A DNA stretch of 64,000 bases from Candidatus Methylomirabilis sp. (GCA_020722725.1 DYKG01000003.1:45129-109128); one strand, 5' to 3'. Positions 45,222-55,849 are shown, counted from the stretch's first letter. Numbers and translations are program-made. The notes: generated by a model not told the origin, from the sequence alone.

Positions 45222-46369
45222 CCGACAGGATGCAGTTGACCAAGAATAACCGGTCGTTTTGCCCCGGTTGCAGAGATAATATTGGCAGGTCTGCCCCTGA
45301 CAAAAGCATTACCCAGGGCGGCAAAAGCCATGGCTTCGCGAGCCATGACCGGCACACCGAATTCATCTGAAGTTGATACTTCACATTTTCCCTGCAGCTT
45401 TACCGCAAGTCGTCTCATCATTTCAAGATTTAAAGCACCGCCACCGGCGACAATCAAAGAGGCGGGAAATTTTACCCCAAGCCGGGGATCAATTATCGCA
45501 TCGACAATACTGCAACAGCTTATCTCAAGAAAGGTGGAAATTTTTTCAGCCAGACCGGCATCAGAAGAGAACCCCGGCAACACCTCAAGCATTCTGACTT
45601 TACCAAATTTCTCTCGACCGGTAGACTTGGGTGGAAGAATTGAAAAATATGGGTCTCTAAGGAATTCTTTGACCATCTTATGATCGGGCATGGCAGAGGC
45701 AGCCAGCTGACCATCACGATCATAATGCTCTTTGCCACCGGTTTCCTGTTCAATCAGACTATCCATCATCATGTTACCCGGGCCGGTGTCAAAGGCAGAA
45801 ACCACCTTAACATCGCCATTTTCCGACCGCAAAAAAGTTATGTTGGCTATCCCTCCAACATTCAAAACAATCCGGTCCGAAGAAAGATCGTGACCGAAAA
45901 AACACGCATCGGCAAAGGGAACCAGCGGGGCCCCCTGCCCTTCTGCCGCCATATCTGCTTCACGAAAATTACAGATCACCGGAATTCCGGTCTGCTGAGC
46001 AAGTAAAGAGCCATTAAGCAGCTGCAACGAGCCGCTTACCTGGTAACCATCCCATTTTTCCGCCTGCGGAACATGCAGAATCGTCTGGCCATGGGCAGCA
46101 ATATAGTCTGGCCTCTCTCTGCCCCCGGAAAAAAAATCGCGGCAAGCCTCAGAATACAGATGGGCAACATAACTATGGCCAAGAAGAGCGTCTTGAAGCG
46201 ACGGCTGTCCCATCAGGCGATGGATTCTATCGCGCACTGATGTGGAGAAAGGCCAGCCCGCATGCCAGAGCAATGAAAAAGATCCATCTTCACCAAATTC
46301 GACCAGAGCACCGTCAATGCCATCACCACTGGTACCGCTCATCATTCCGAGAACCTTGAGATTTTTCAT
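45218..46369 (-). CDS. anmK: Anhydro-N-acetylmuramic acid kinase
   Basis: GMMSGTSxDGID, HGQT, DMAAxGQGAPLVP, NVGGIAN, FDTGPGN, PPKSTGRE, GGGA, EAMAFA. Confidence 0.95.
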   Translation of the reverse strand: MKNLKVLGMMSGTSGDGIDGALVEFGEDGSFSLLWHAGWPFSTSVRDRIHRLMGQPSLQDALLGHSYVAHLYSEACRDFFSGGRERPDYIAAHGQTILHVPQAEKWDGYQVSGSLQLLNGSLLAQQTGIPVICNFREADMAAEGQGAPLVPFADACFFGHDLSSDRIVLNVGGIANITFLRSENGDVKVVSAFDTGPGNMMMDSLIEQETGGKEHYDRDGQLAASAMPDHKMVKEFLRDPYFSILPPKSTGREKFGKVRMLEVLPGFSSDAGLAEKISTFLEISCCSIVDAIIDPRLGVKFPASLIVAGGGALNLEMMRRLAVKLQGKCEVSTSDEFGVPVMAREAMAFAALGNAFVRGRPANIISATGAKRPVILGQLHPVG

Positions 46370-46429
46370 AATATTTTTTGCCGAGGGCGCAACTCCTTAA
46401 ATGATCATTAATCTGCAAACCGGTCATTT

Positions 46430-46458
46430 TTGCTTAATCAAATCGATTGTGCTATTCT
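46430..46458 (+). promoter_or_regulatory. Putative recA promoter (extended -10)
   Basis: TTGCTT-17 bp-TATTCT with TGn. Confidence 0.55.
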
Positions 46459-46486
46459 AGCAGAAATTGATACAGGAGGCACTTCG

Positions 46487-47539
46487 GTGGCTGAAACAAA
46501 CAACGAAAAACAAAAATCACTCGAAATTGCGATTGCAAGCATTGAAAAACAATTTGGAAAAGGCGCAGTCATGCGGCTTGGCAGCTCAAGACACCTGCAG
46601 GTCGAAGCGATTCCAACCGGTTCACTCTCTCTTGATTACGCGCTTGGTGTAGGTGGTGTGCCTCGTGGCCGCGTTGTTGAAATTTTTGGCCCGGAATCAT
46701 CTGGGAAAACTACGCTGACCCTTCATATTGTCGCCCAGGCCCAGAAGGCCGGCGGACAGGCTGCATTCATCGACGTGGAACACGCCCTCGACCCTGCATA
46801 TGCAAAGAAGCTTGGTGTTGACATTGACAATCTGCTGATTGCACAGCCCAGCAGCGGTGAAGAAGCTCTTGAAATTACAGAAATGCTGGTAAGAAGCAAT
46901 GCCATCGACTGCATAATCATCGACTCGGTAGCCGCGCTGACCAGCAAGGCTGAAATCGATGGCGATATGGGCGACACAACCGTTGGCATGCAGGCCCGCC
47001 TCATGTCTCAGGCAATGCGCAAACTCACCCCGGTTGTCAGCAAATCGAAGACCGTCTGTATTTTCATCAACCAGATTCGCGAAAAGATCGGGGTAATGTT
47101 TGGAAATCCAGAAACAACCCCGGGCGGTCGCGCACTGAAATTCTTCTCTTCGGTTCGTCTCGACATTCGCAAAAAAGACCAGATCAAAGAAGGCGAAGAC
47201 CCGGTCGGTTACGTTGCCGAAGTAAAGGTGGTCAAGAATAAAGTTGCGCCACCATTCAAGAAAGGAAAATTCGATATCATGTACGGCACCGGCATTTCGA
47301 CCGAAGGCGAAATTCTTGAAATCGCCGAATCGGCTAATATCATCAACAAATCAGGCGCATGGTATTCATACGGTGATATCAGAATCGGCCAGGGCCGTGA
47401 AAATTCAAAACAATTTTTTAAAGATAATCCTGACATTTTTGCCGAAATCATCATCAAGGTAAAAAAAGCCCTTGGAATGATTGAAGATAAAGCAGTAGAG
47501 CCTGCTGCAGACGAAAAGAAAAAAGCTTCCAAAAAATAA
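46487..47539 (+). CDS. recA: Recombinase A
   Basis: [53 protein letters not shown] start after AGGAGG. Confidence 0.99.
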   Translation: MAETNNEKQKSLEIAIASIEKQFGKGAVMRLGSSRHLQVEAIPTGSLSLDYALGVGGVPRGRVVEIFGPESSGKTTLTLHIVAQAQKAGGQAAFIDVEHALDPAYAKKLGVDIDNLLIAQPSSGEEALEITEMLVRSNAIDCIIIDSVAALTSKAEIDGDMGDTTVGMQARLMSQAMRKLTPVVSKSKTVCIFINQIREKIGVMFGNPETTPGGRALKFFSSVRLDIRKKDQIKEGEDPVGYVAEVKVVKNKVAPPFKKGKFDIMYGTGISTEGEILEIAESANIINKSGAWYSYGDIRIGQGRENSKQFFKDNPDIFAEIIIKVKKALGMIEDKAVEPAADEKKKASKK

Positions 47540-47557
47540 TTCAGTATTTTGCTGAAC

Positions 47558-47600
47558 CTGTCTCAAACTTCTGTTTTTCAGTCTTTTGAGACAGCTTTTT
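47558..47600 (+). terminator. Hairpin, probable recA terminator
   Basis: CTGTCTCAAA-17 nt-TTTGAGACAG followed by CTTTTT; the loop is long. Confidence 0.5.
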
Positions 47601-47617
47601 ACTGCCGGGAGATTTTT

Positions 47618-50500
47618 TTGTTTAAGCCGGAAGATTTGTTCAAAAACGCCATTCTCTTTCTGCTGCTTGTTCTGCTGCCGATTGCCTCAAGCCTTTTCAC
47701 GGTTACGGAAGTTCTTGACGGGCTGTCAGCCACCAGCCGCGAAGAAATACTTGAAAAGCTGACAAACCGTTGTGGGGTTATTGGTGCCAGAGTTCACACA
47801 GAAGCTTTTTTCAAACCAATTTTTAATATTATGGTTCGGCGTTTCTTTGAATATGGCGAGAACGATGGTGAAAAGCTCAGCAAACTTGGTCGCGAATACA
47901 ACAAGCAGGCCGGAGTAACCATCGAATCTTTTGCTTTCAACTCAAAATCAGAGCTGATCAAAAGCGATTTTTCTTCGCCAGAACTGTGTGATGTGATTAT
48001 CTTTTTCTGGGAAGAAATCAACGGCCTGGATCACACAAGATTTTATGACCAGGTAAAACCCGCGATGCAGAAATATTTCGGTCGGGATTTTCATCCGCGA
48101 AAGATAAAAAAATTACGCAACCGGATTTTTACTTTTGTGGCGGGCAATCAGCCAGGCATGATTTTTTACTCGCTTAAGCGTGAAGCTGATAGAGAAGGGT
48201 TCAGAGGCCTGTTTCTGATTGTTAGAAATCTGCCTAATCATATAGATATTTTAAATAAATCAATGGCAAGCACAGAATTCAAAGATACAGGTCTTGCGAT
48301 GATAAGCAATGGCACAGACAAACAGATTATAAGCTCAAATCTTGACGCGAAAAAGGTTCGGGAAATTGAGCTGGAGATGATGAAAGACAATATCAATGTC
48401 ATTGAAAAATACGGCCAAATCTGGAAATTAACCAATTTCAGCGATTTTTCTATCATGGCAGCCGGGTCTTTTGATAAAAATATTTTTGAAATTCTCAGAA
48501 AAATTGCCATTTTGATCTCAGTCTTTTTTACGGTTCTCGGCGGCGCCGTCATTATTCGAAGCCGGATTTCATCAGCCAGAATCCGGATTTCCATCAGACT
48601 GAAGCTGATTGCGGTATTTCTTTTTGCCGTCTATTTGCCGCTGATAGGGCTTTTTCATTTGAGCTTCAAAGGTCTGCAGAACCGTCGTCAGGTTTTGGAA
48701 AACGAGGCCAGAAAAGCAATGCTCGACACCCTTTACCAGATTGACTCGGATTTTATGGCGAAAGAAGCAGAGATAAAAGCAATTTTTGACCGGGTTTTTC
48801 ATGACCGCACCTGGCAGTCCAGGCTATCTAAAGACTGGGCAGAAAACGATTGTATGATGAGAACGGTTGCCGGGGTAAACGTTGAAGGCGAAAGTTTTTT
48901 CAACTGGCTTGAGATTAGAAACACCGATCTTGAGCAGATTTTTTGCACCGCACGCGGCGAAGCAAACAATCGTATCAAAGATCTGAACCGGGTTATGGCA
49001 CAAATTTCCCTCGAAAAATTTGCGCCCGAAAATGTAAGTCAGGTGGGCAAAAAAATGCGCCAGTCTGACTTTCTGATCAGAAGTATTATGGAAAACCCGG
49101 TGCTCGGCTTCAGTCATTATTTTGAAAGTCCTGGTGAACTGGTCGAGATGGAATTTGAAGGTGCATTTCTCTACTGGTACTGGAATTATTACAAAAACCC
49201 GGTCGGCAATGTTGTTTTTTTCTCAAGCAATACCAAAGCCCAGTTCAACGCGGTAAATTATCTTGAAAAGAAACTTCTTGAAAGGTTTCATTTTGGCAAT
49301 TCCCAGCTTGAACTGGTTTCTTATCATCCTTCCGAACAAAAATGGGTTCCATCGGGAAAGGATATTCACAGTGCAATAGAAATGCTTATAAGAATAGGCA
49401 TTATCAATCAACGAATCACGTCAACAAAAATTGAAATTGACGGGCAGGTTTACCTGGCAACCTGCTTTCCCGGCATTAAAATCAGGGATGTTTTCATCGC
49501 CTGCCTCTACCCCATCGCCGAAATCAACTCAAGAATTGATTTGATGCGTCACCAGATTTATTTCGGCATGTTTCTCATTCTTCTGGTTGCTGTCTTAACC
49601 GGCCTGCTGCTCACCAGAACTTTTCTGCAGCCAGTCGGAGAATTAAACACAGGTTTGAATGCCCTGCGAAAAAGAGAAACGGAATTTCGCGTTAATATCG
49701 GGAATAATGATGAATTTGGCAGCCTTGGCGAAACTTTTAATCAGATGATGGTTGAAGTGAGTGAAATGCTGCTTGCCGGAGCGGTTCAACAATGTCTGAT
49801 TCCCACCGACCCGCCTCAGTTTGAAGGCTACGAGCTTATTCTTCACAACCAGATGGCTACCGACGTCGGGGGCGATTATGCCGACGCTTTTGCCCTGCCT
49901 GACAACCGCTTTCTTCTCGTAATGGGCGACGTTACCGGCCACGGAGTCAGTTCGTCAATTCTGACGGCAATGGTTAAAGCTCTGATTTTCAGGTTTTCTC
50001 AGCGCCACCAGGATCTCAGCCTGATCATGCGCGATCTCAGTCACATGATCTTCGATCTTCTGCATCATCGAAAGTTGATGACATTTTGCGCCATAATCAT
50101 TGAGCAGAACACGGGTAATTACATGCTCGCCAATGCCGGGCACCCGTTTCCGATGATCTGCAACCCTAATGGCAGCTCCCGAACAATCGAGCACAATTCC
50201 CTGCCGCTGGGGGTTTCAAAAAAAAGAAGTTCTTACTCGACAACCTCTGGAACCATCGAACCCGGCGAAGTTCTTATTCTTTATACCGATGGTATCGCCG
50301 AAGCCACCAATTCAAAAGGTCAGATGTTCGGTTTCGACCGGGTAAGAAATATTGTCGGGGAAAACTGCCACCAAAGCGGCAAAGCGATTAAAGAAGAACT
50401 GCTTAATCAGTTCTGGTCGCATTATACCGAGAAGCATCTCGATGATGATCTCACGTTTATTATTCTCAAACGATTGTCTGATCACGCTTTAGAACAATGA
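47618..50500 (+). CDS. Membrane sensor SpoIIE/RsbU-type PP2C phosphatase with HAMP
   Basis: VGGDYAD, GDVTGHG, NAGHP, LYTDG, DDDLT; HAMP NDEFGSLGETFNQM; TTG 47618 after GGGAG is preferred as start. Confidence 0.92.
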   Translation: MFKPEDLFKNAILFLLLVLLPIASSLFTVTEVLDGLSATSREEILEKLTNRCGVIGARVHTEAFFKPIFNIMVRRFFEYGENDGEKLSKLGREYNKQAGVTIESFAFNSKSELIKSDFSSPELCDVIIFFWEEINGLDHTRFYDQVKPAMQKYFGRDFHPRKIKKLRNRIFTFVAGNQPGMIFYSLKREADREGFRGLFLIVRNLPNHIDILNKSMASTEFKDTGLAMISNGTDKQIISSNLDAKKVREIELEMMKDNINVIEKYGQIWKLTNFSDFSIMAAGSFDKNIFEILRKIAILISVFFTVLGGAVIIRSRISSARIRISIRLKLIAVFLFAVYLPLIGLFHLSFKGLQNRRQVLENEARKAMLDTLYQIDSDFMAKEAEIKAIFDRVFHDRTWQSRLSKDWAENDCMMRTVAGVNVEGESFFNWLEIRNTDLEQIFCTARGEANNRIKDLNRVMAQISLEKFAPENVSQVGKKMRQSDFLIRSIMENPVLGFSHYFESPGELVEMEFEGAFLYWYWNYYKNPVGNVVFFSSNTKAQFNAVNYLEKKLLERFHFGNSQLELVSYHPSEQKWVPSGKDIHSAIEMLIRIGIINQRITSTKIEIDGQVYLATCFPGIKIRDVFIACLYPIAEINSRIDLMRHQIYFGMFLILLVAVLTGLLLTRTFLQPVGELNTGLNALRKRETEFRVNIGNNDEFGSLGETFNQMMVEVSEMLLAGAVQQCLIPTDPPQFEGYELILHNQMATDVGGDYADAFALPDNRFLLVMGDVTGHGVSSSILTAMVKALIFRFSQRHQDLSLIMRDLSHMIFDLLHHRKLMTFCAIIIEQNTGNYMLANAGHPFPMICNPNGSSRTIEHNSLPLGVSKKRSSYSTTSGTIEPGEVLILYTDGIAEATNSKGQMFGFDRVRNIVGENCHQSGKAIKEELLNQFWSHYTEKHLDDDLTFIILKRLSDHALEQ

Positions 50501-53300
50501 TGGTTAAATCGTCATCGGGTTCGGCCTCGCCCAACCATTGATCGTAGCATTTAACCAGACCGGCAAGAATCTCCTGAGCCGAGTCATTAGCCATGGCTTT
50601 CAGGTTTTCCTTGAACTGATCATAGCCATACATTTCATCGGCTTTGTTTTTCACTTCGATCAGGCCGTCGGTATAAAAGACGGCGGTGTCACAAGGGGCG
50701 ATCTGATAATAATTCAGATTGAGATTTCGCAGCTTTTTCGTGGCACCGATCGGCAGGTGCACAGCAGAAAACTCCTCTATTTCGCCTGCTCCTGAGACCT
50801 TGACAGGAAAATTATGCCCGGCATTGGCGCAGCAGATCTCGCCGCTTTCGCAATGCAGAATTGCAGCAAAGAGGGTGATCATCTTGCGCGCCGGCGGAAT
50901 TTTGAAATAGGTATGAATAGTCAAATTCAAGTCGGCAAAAAGCTCAACCAGAGAGCGTTGCTCTTTCAGGCTCTGATAAACGATCGCTTTTGCCATTGCC
51001 ATAACCAGTGCTGAGCTGACCCCGTGGCCGGTAACATCGCCGACCAGCAGACAGACTCTTTCATCATCGAGTTTATGCAGATCGAAATAATCTCCGCCGA
51101 CATCTGAAGCCATGCGGTTGACGAAAGCCACTGAATAGCCCTTGATGGGCGGAAATTCAGACGGCAGAAGCGATTCCTGAACATCACGGGCCAACTGCAT
51201 TTCCTTCAAATCTTCAATCATATGATTGAAACTGACCGAAAGATCACCAAACTCATCATTTTGACGGGTTTTGATGCGAAAATCCGCATCGCGACGCTTA
51301 ATCGCCAGAACTCCTTCAGACAGTTGACGAATCGGTTCCAGAAATGTGTTTGAAAGAATATTACCGGTCAGCAGTGCTACCAGAAGAAAAGCAAACATGC
51401 TCAATGAAAGCAGTTTTCTGATACGAGACAGATCTTGATCGACAATCTCTTTTGGAAAGAAAGTGAAAAAACTGTAATCGCGTGCATATTTACCCTTCTG
51501 GCCGGTCAACAGATAAGCACGACCGTTTATTTCCATTTCAGTATCGAGTGGTTTGTCGGTAAACTTCAGACGCTCAGAAAACTTGATCAGGTATGGGTTT
51601 CTTACCGGTCGTGACGGATACCACTCGCCACTGGCATTATGTAGTGCAAGAGTAATATAAGGAGCCTCATGGGGGCTTTTAAATATTTCTTTTAAACGAA
51701 CTTTTACCAGTCTTCTTACCAGAATTGAAGCTGATTGAACCGCAAAAATGTAAACTTTTTCGGCCTTTAGATTGTCGATTATCTGCCAGAAAATCAACAA
51801 AGGCACCGGGCCAAACTGATGCGGATGAATTTCTCCAGGGCGGTCGAATAGAAAGAACATGCCACCTTCCGGAGCTTTAACCACCATGCTGATAATCGGG
51901 TCAACCGAATCTCCAAGATTGGTTCCCAGGGCGGTATCAATGCAAAATCGGCTGAACGCTTCTGAAACCTCGCGCATGCCCTCGAAAAACAACTCGTTAA
52001 CCTGGTTAAAAGTAACTTTTCCATTTATATCACGCACTTCGACCGTTACCAGCTCATTACTGGCAACCTTCGGCTTCAAGGCTTCCCTGATCTGGCGATG
52101 GTCACCGGTAGCAATGACGGGCAACAGCCGTTTCATTTCCGGCTGGTAGACTTCTCCTACCCGACTGAATGATTCGTCGAGCTTAAAAAGCCTCTGCCTG
52201 GAAGTGCTGGCAATTCTGGCAATCAAAGTTTGTTCGCGGTCTGAATAATACTGGTAACCGAGAAAAAGAAAACCCATCAAAGGCATAAAAATCGCTGTAA
52301 CAAACAGAACACTTAATTTAAATCTGATTGGCAGACGCAGGTCGCGAAACTTCATAGAAACTATCAGCGCAATACCGACCAGCATAATAATGGAAAAGAA
52401 CAGGACGAGATACATCTGCCGAAAAAAGGTTTCAGAGTATTTCGCGGCAACCGCCACCCAGCCGTCCTGAAGTTTTCTACTGATCCAAAGCACATCATCA
52501 ACCAGATAAAAAGGCTGATTCATTAAAACAAGCCGGTTTTTGATTTCCTGAGAGTAATCTTGGGCAACCGGAAGTCTGCCAAAATCAATTCGGTGCGAAT
52601 CAGCAACTTCGGCAAAGGCATTCATGAAATCGTTGTTTCGCTTTTTTTGAAGATCTATTCTGTATGAAAGCTCCGGAAGATTCCAGAACACCATGATAAT
52701 GCCGGCTTTATTTACCGTTCTACTCCGGTTCCAATAAACAAAGCCTTTCTGGTGTTTAACCATGATCTGCAGCAGACCATCTTTTTTCTCGAGCAGCTGT
52801 GCAACCTTGAATTCTTCGCCGAGCAAAGATTTTACCGGTTTTCGGATCTTTTTGAAAAGTTCACTCTGTTTTTCAGAATCTGCCTGAATCAGCTCCCATA
52901 GCCGCATCGAAACATATCTTGACCTGAGTTTCACCTGCTCTGGAGTTATCAGGCGGCCATCGTCACCAAACAGGTAAATATCGAAGTCGCATGGAAAGAA
53001 TTTCTTCAGACGATCGATATAATTTTTGATCCGACCCGGTTCCTTGTGAGAATGCCTCAGACTAAGCCAGGCTCCGCGTGCTATTCTGGCAAGAAAAATC
53101 TGGTTGTCAACATCGCAGGCGAACTGGGTAAGCCTGGTTTCGAGATCCTGGCGGGCAGCCGCAAAAGCCTGACGCTGCTCAAAGTCAATCGCATTGATTC
53201 CGAGGACCAGGGTAATGATTGCCGGCAGCAGCACAAACAGGGCAAAAGATGCGATTAACCCCGACAACCTGCCACGATTGGCATCGCCATAATTAATCAT
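50466..53300 (-). CDS. Membrane sensor SpoIIE/RsbU-type PP2C phosphatase with HAMP (paralog)
   Basis: VGGDYFD, GDVTGHG, NAGHN, FYTDG, DDDLT; HAMP NDEFGDLSVSFNHM. Confidence 0.92.
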   Translation of the reverse strand: MINYGDANRGRLSGLIASFALFVLLPAIITLVLGINAIDFEQRQAFAAARQDLETRLTQFACDVDNQIFLARIARGAWLSLRHSHKEPGRIKNYIDRLKKFFPCDFDIYLFGDDGRLITPEQVKLRSRYVSMRLWELIQADSEKQSELFKKIRKPVKSLLGEEFKVAQLLEKKDGLLQIMVKHQKGFVYWNRSRTVNKAGIIMVFWNLPELSYRIDLQKKRNNDFMNAFAEVADSHRIDFGRLPVAQDYSQEIKNRLVLMNQPFYLVDDVLWISRKLQDGWVAVAAKYSETFFRQMYLVLFFSIIMLVGIALIVSMKFRDLRLPIRFKLSVLFVTAIFMPLMGFLFLGYQYYSDREQTLIARIASTSRQRLFKLDESFSRVGEVYQPEMKRLLPVIATGDHRQIREALKPKVASNELVTVEVRDINGKVTFNQVNELFFEGMREVSEAFSRFCIDTALGTNLGDSVDPIISMVVKAPEGGMFFLFDRPGEIHPHQFGPVPLLIFWQIIDNLKAEKVYIFAVQSASILVRRLVKVRLKEIFKSPHEAPYITLALHNASGEWYPSRPVRNPYLIKFSERLKFTDKPLDTEMEINGRAYLLTGQKGKYARDYSFFTFFPKEIVDQDLSRIRKLLSLSMFAFLLVALLTGNILSNTFLEPIRQLSEGVLAIKRRDADFRIKTRQNDEFGDLSVSFNHMIEDLKEMQLARDVQESLLPSEFPPIKGYSVAFVNRMASDVGGDYFDLHKLDDERVCLLVGDVTGHGVSSALVMAMAKAIVYQSLKEQRSLVELFADLNLTIHTYFKIPPARKMITLFAAILHCESGEICCANAGHNFPVKVSGAGEIEEFSAVHLPIGATKKLRNLNLNYYQIAPCDTAVFYTDGLIEVKNKADEMYGYDQFKENLKAMANDSAQEILAGLVKCYDQWLGEAEPDDDLTIIVLKRDQTIV

Positions 53301-53384
53301 GGTTGCCTGCCCGCCTTCATTATTGTATCATCCATTCTTCCGTAAAGATTATTACTTTCCCGGTAAAAGGACAAGCCAAAGCAG

Positions 53385-53981
53385 ATGGGATTTATCAAAA
53401 AACTTTATAACTGGGTTCTTTCGTGGGCCGAAACCTCCTATGCAATTCCGGCACTTTTCATGCTTGCTTTTGCTGAGTCGAGCTTTTTTCCCATTCCACC
53501 AGACGTTTTACTGATTGCTATGGCCCTCTCCAGACCGGAAAGTTCACTATGGTATTCGACAATTTGCACGGCCGGTTCAGTTTTCGGTGCCATGGGCGGT
53601 TATATTATCGGCTATGCTTTCTGGCAGGCGGTTGGCACCTATTTCTTTCTTTACGTGCCTGGCTTTACCGAAGAACTGTTCAACAAGGTCTGTCAATCTT
53701 ATGAAGAAAATTCGGTTTTTATCATTTTTACCGCAGCCTTCACCCCAATACCATACAAGGTATTCACTATTACTGCCGGGGTCTCGAAAATTTCGCTGCT
53801 GCCATTCCTGCTCGCTTCAATTTTCGGGCGCGGTGCCCGTTTTTACCTGCTCGGCATATTGTTTCGCAAATTTGGCCAGCAGGCCAGGGAATTTATCGAA
53901 AAATACTTCAACCTGCTAACCCTGCTGGTTGTAATAATTTATTTCCTGGCTTTCTATCTGGTTCCGGTTATTTTCAAATAG
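53385..53981 (+). CDS. YqaA/DedA (VTT) family membrane protein
   Basis: FAESSFFPIPPDVLL, FTPIPYKVFTI, GRGARF. Confidence 0.92.
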   Translation: MGFIKKLYNWVLSWAETSYAIPALFMLAFAESSFFPIPPDVLLIAMALSRPESSLWYSTICTAGSVFGAMGGYIIGYAFWQAVGTYFFLYVPGFTEELFNKVCQSYEENSVFIIFTAAFTPIPYKVFTITAGVSKISLLPFLLASIFGRGARFYLLGILFRKFGQQAREFIEKYFNLLTLLVVIIYFLAFYLVPVIFK

Positions 53982-55625
53982 TTATTTAACCATATCGTCG
54001 AGCCAGATAAGTCGGTAATTGATGAACGGTTGCCCCATCGGACCGAGGGTTATGCCATTAACCTGCGGCTGCCGCAAAAGATGGGTGGTATAGAAGTAAA
54101 GAAACACCCATGGAGCCTCGTCAACAATAAGCCTTTCAGCCTGGCGGTACAGCCCCACCCTTTTTTCGTTCTCGGTTTCAAACCGGGCCTGATCAAGCAA
54201 TTTATCAAGTTCAGGATTGTTCAGGCCAGGGAAATTGTAGCTATGACCGATATTGCTCGAATGGAAAAGTGTGTAGAGAAAGCTGTCGGGATCGGGGTAA
54301 TCTACTGTCCAGCCCATGCGGAAAAAAGCAGCCTCGCCAGACTCGACCGACTGAAGATGCGGGCCAAAATCAAGTTCACGAATGCGGCATTTAATGCCAA
54401 TATCACCAAAGTTGGCAAGAATGAATTCGCCGATTCTGGTGTGAATGACGTCTTTGTTATACTGCAGCTCGATTTCGGGAAAGCCCTTCCCATTTGGAAA
54501 ACCTGCCTGTGCCAGAAGTTCTCGGGCCTTTTGCGGGTCATACCCATAGCCTTCCAGCTTCGGGTCAAACCCGGTTATTCCGGGAGGCAGCACTCCATTG
54601 GCGATTCGGGCTCGGTCGTTCAGAACAAGCTGTACGATAACCTGCCGGTCGATGGCAAAATTAAGTGCCTGGCGCACCAGTTTGCTATCGAACGGGGGCT
54701 TTTTCATGTTCATCCCAAGATAATTTGTTCCCCAACGGCTGGTTTCGAGTAACAGCGGGGCAAGTTCTGAATTCTGCTTAACATTCCTGTATTCTGAATC
54801 AGGCACATCGACATGCATCAATTCACCTTTGCGAAACATTTCAAAACGGGCGGCTTCGTCGGCAACCACAAGAAATTCAATACGGTCAAGCCAGGGTCTT
54901 TTTCGGTAATAACGATCGTTTGCAGTGAGAATCAAAGAGTCTTTCTGCCGTCCTGACCAGGTAAATGGACCGGTTCCGACGGGGTTCGTGCTTAAATCAC
55001 CGCTCGCAACATCTTCCCTGGCCACTATAAAGGCATTACACATGCCCAGCAACGAAACAAACGGCGCGAAGGGTTTTTCAAGCTCAAACTTAACGGTAAA
55101 GCTCGAAACTGCTGTTACGCCAGGCAGGCTCTCTGTTTTTTCTGCGGCATAATCGGCTGCGCCTTTGATAACATTAAAAAAAGCTCCCTGATGATCCTTT
55201 TCTGATTTTAACAACCGGTTGAAGGTATAAACCACATCTTCTGCCGTAAGAATTCTTCCACCATTTGCGGTTGGCTTACCGCCGGAAAAAGCATGAAAAT
55301 GGACATCTTCACGAAGCTTGAACAGGTAAACCAGCTTGTCTTGGCTGATTTCCCAGCTTTCGGCAATAGCAGGCGCCGGTCTTGCATTCTCATCAAATTC
55401 GATCAGGCCGTCGTAAAGCTGACGACAAACTTCATGAGAGTTAGAATCTTTTATCAATGCGGGGTCTAGAACAATATACGAATCGGCAAAAGCCCGACGA
55501 TAAACGCCGCCCTGCTTTGGCACGACGACTTTTGCTACGGGAGTTTCTACAGAAGAGTTTGAGCATCCGGCTTGAAAAAGAGAGATAGCCAGCAAAAAAA
55601 ACATCATTCGGCGAAAAAACATCAT
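53982..55625 (-). CDS. ABC peptide-binding lipoprotein (SBP family 5)
   Basis: QAGC lipobox, LYDGL, AESWEIS, PVGTGPF, VRQALNFAIDR, GWTVDYPDP. Confidence 0.92.
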   Translation of the reverse strand: MMFFRRMMFFLLAISLFQAGCSNSSVETPVAKVVVPKQGGVYRRAFADSYIVLDPALIKDSNSHEVCRQLYDGLIEFDENARPAPAIAESWEISQDKLVYLFKLREDVHFHAFSGGKPTANGGRILTAEDVVYTFNRLLKSEKDHQGAFFNVIKGAADYAAEKTESLPGVTAVSSFTVKFELEKPFAPFVSLLGMCNAFIVAREDVASGDLSTNPVGTGPFTWSGRQKDSLILTANDRYYRKRPWLDRIEFLVVADEAARFEMFRKGELMHVDVPDSEYRNVKQNSELAPLLLETSRWGTNYLGMNMKKPPFDSKLVRQALNFAIDRQVIVQLVLNDRARIANGVLPPGITGFDPKLEGYGYDPQKARELLAQAGFPNGKGFPEIELQYNKDVIHTRIGEFILANFGDIGIKCRIRELDFGPHLQSVESGEAAFFRMGWTVDYPDPDSFLYTLFHSSNIGHSYNFPGLNNPELDKLLDQARFETENEKRVGLYRQAERLIVDEAPWVFLYFYTTHLLRQPQVNGITLGPMGQPFINYRLIWLDDMVK

Positions 55626-55744
55626 TATACTTCTCAAAAACTGCAATGGCAGAATGATAACATGTGCAGAGCAATTGACCAAATTTAAACCGCTTCGATC
55701 GTCAGACAATTATTTTTCAATTACCACAACGGGTTTTTCGCCAC

Positions 55745-55773
55745 TTGATTTTAGAAAGATTTAGTGCTAAAAT
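55745..55773 (+). promoter_or_regulatory. Putative rimP operon promoter
   Basis: TTGATT-17 bp-TAAAAT with TGn. Confidence 0.6.
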
Positions 55774-55820
55774 TTGCGCTCAATAAGCTTAGGCAAAATT
55801 AAAAGCTAATTCAACCGAAA

Positions 55821-55849
55821 CCGCTTTTAGAGCGGATTTTGTTGTTTTT
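55821..55849 (+). promoter_or_regulatory. rimP-leader-like attenuator hairpin
   Basis: CCGCT-TTTAG-AGCGG followed by ATTTTGTTGTTTTT, between the promoter and rimP. Confidence 0.55.

Noticed and set aside
47558..47594. CTGTCTCAAA/TTTGAGACAG as IS terminal inverted repeats
   Set aside because: No transposase or target duplication is evident; the position after recA with a T-run fits a terminator.
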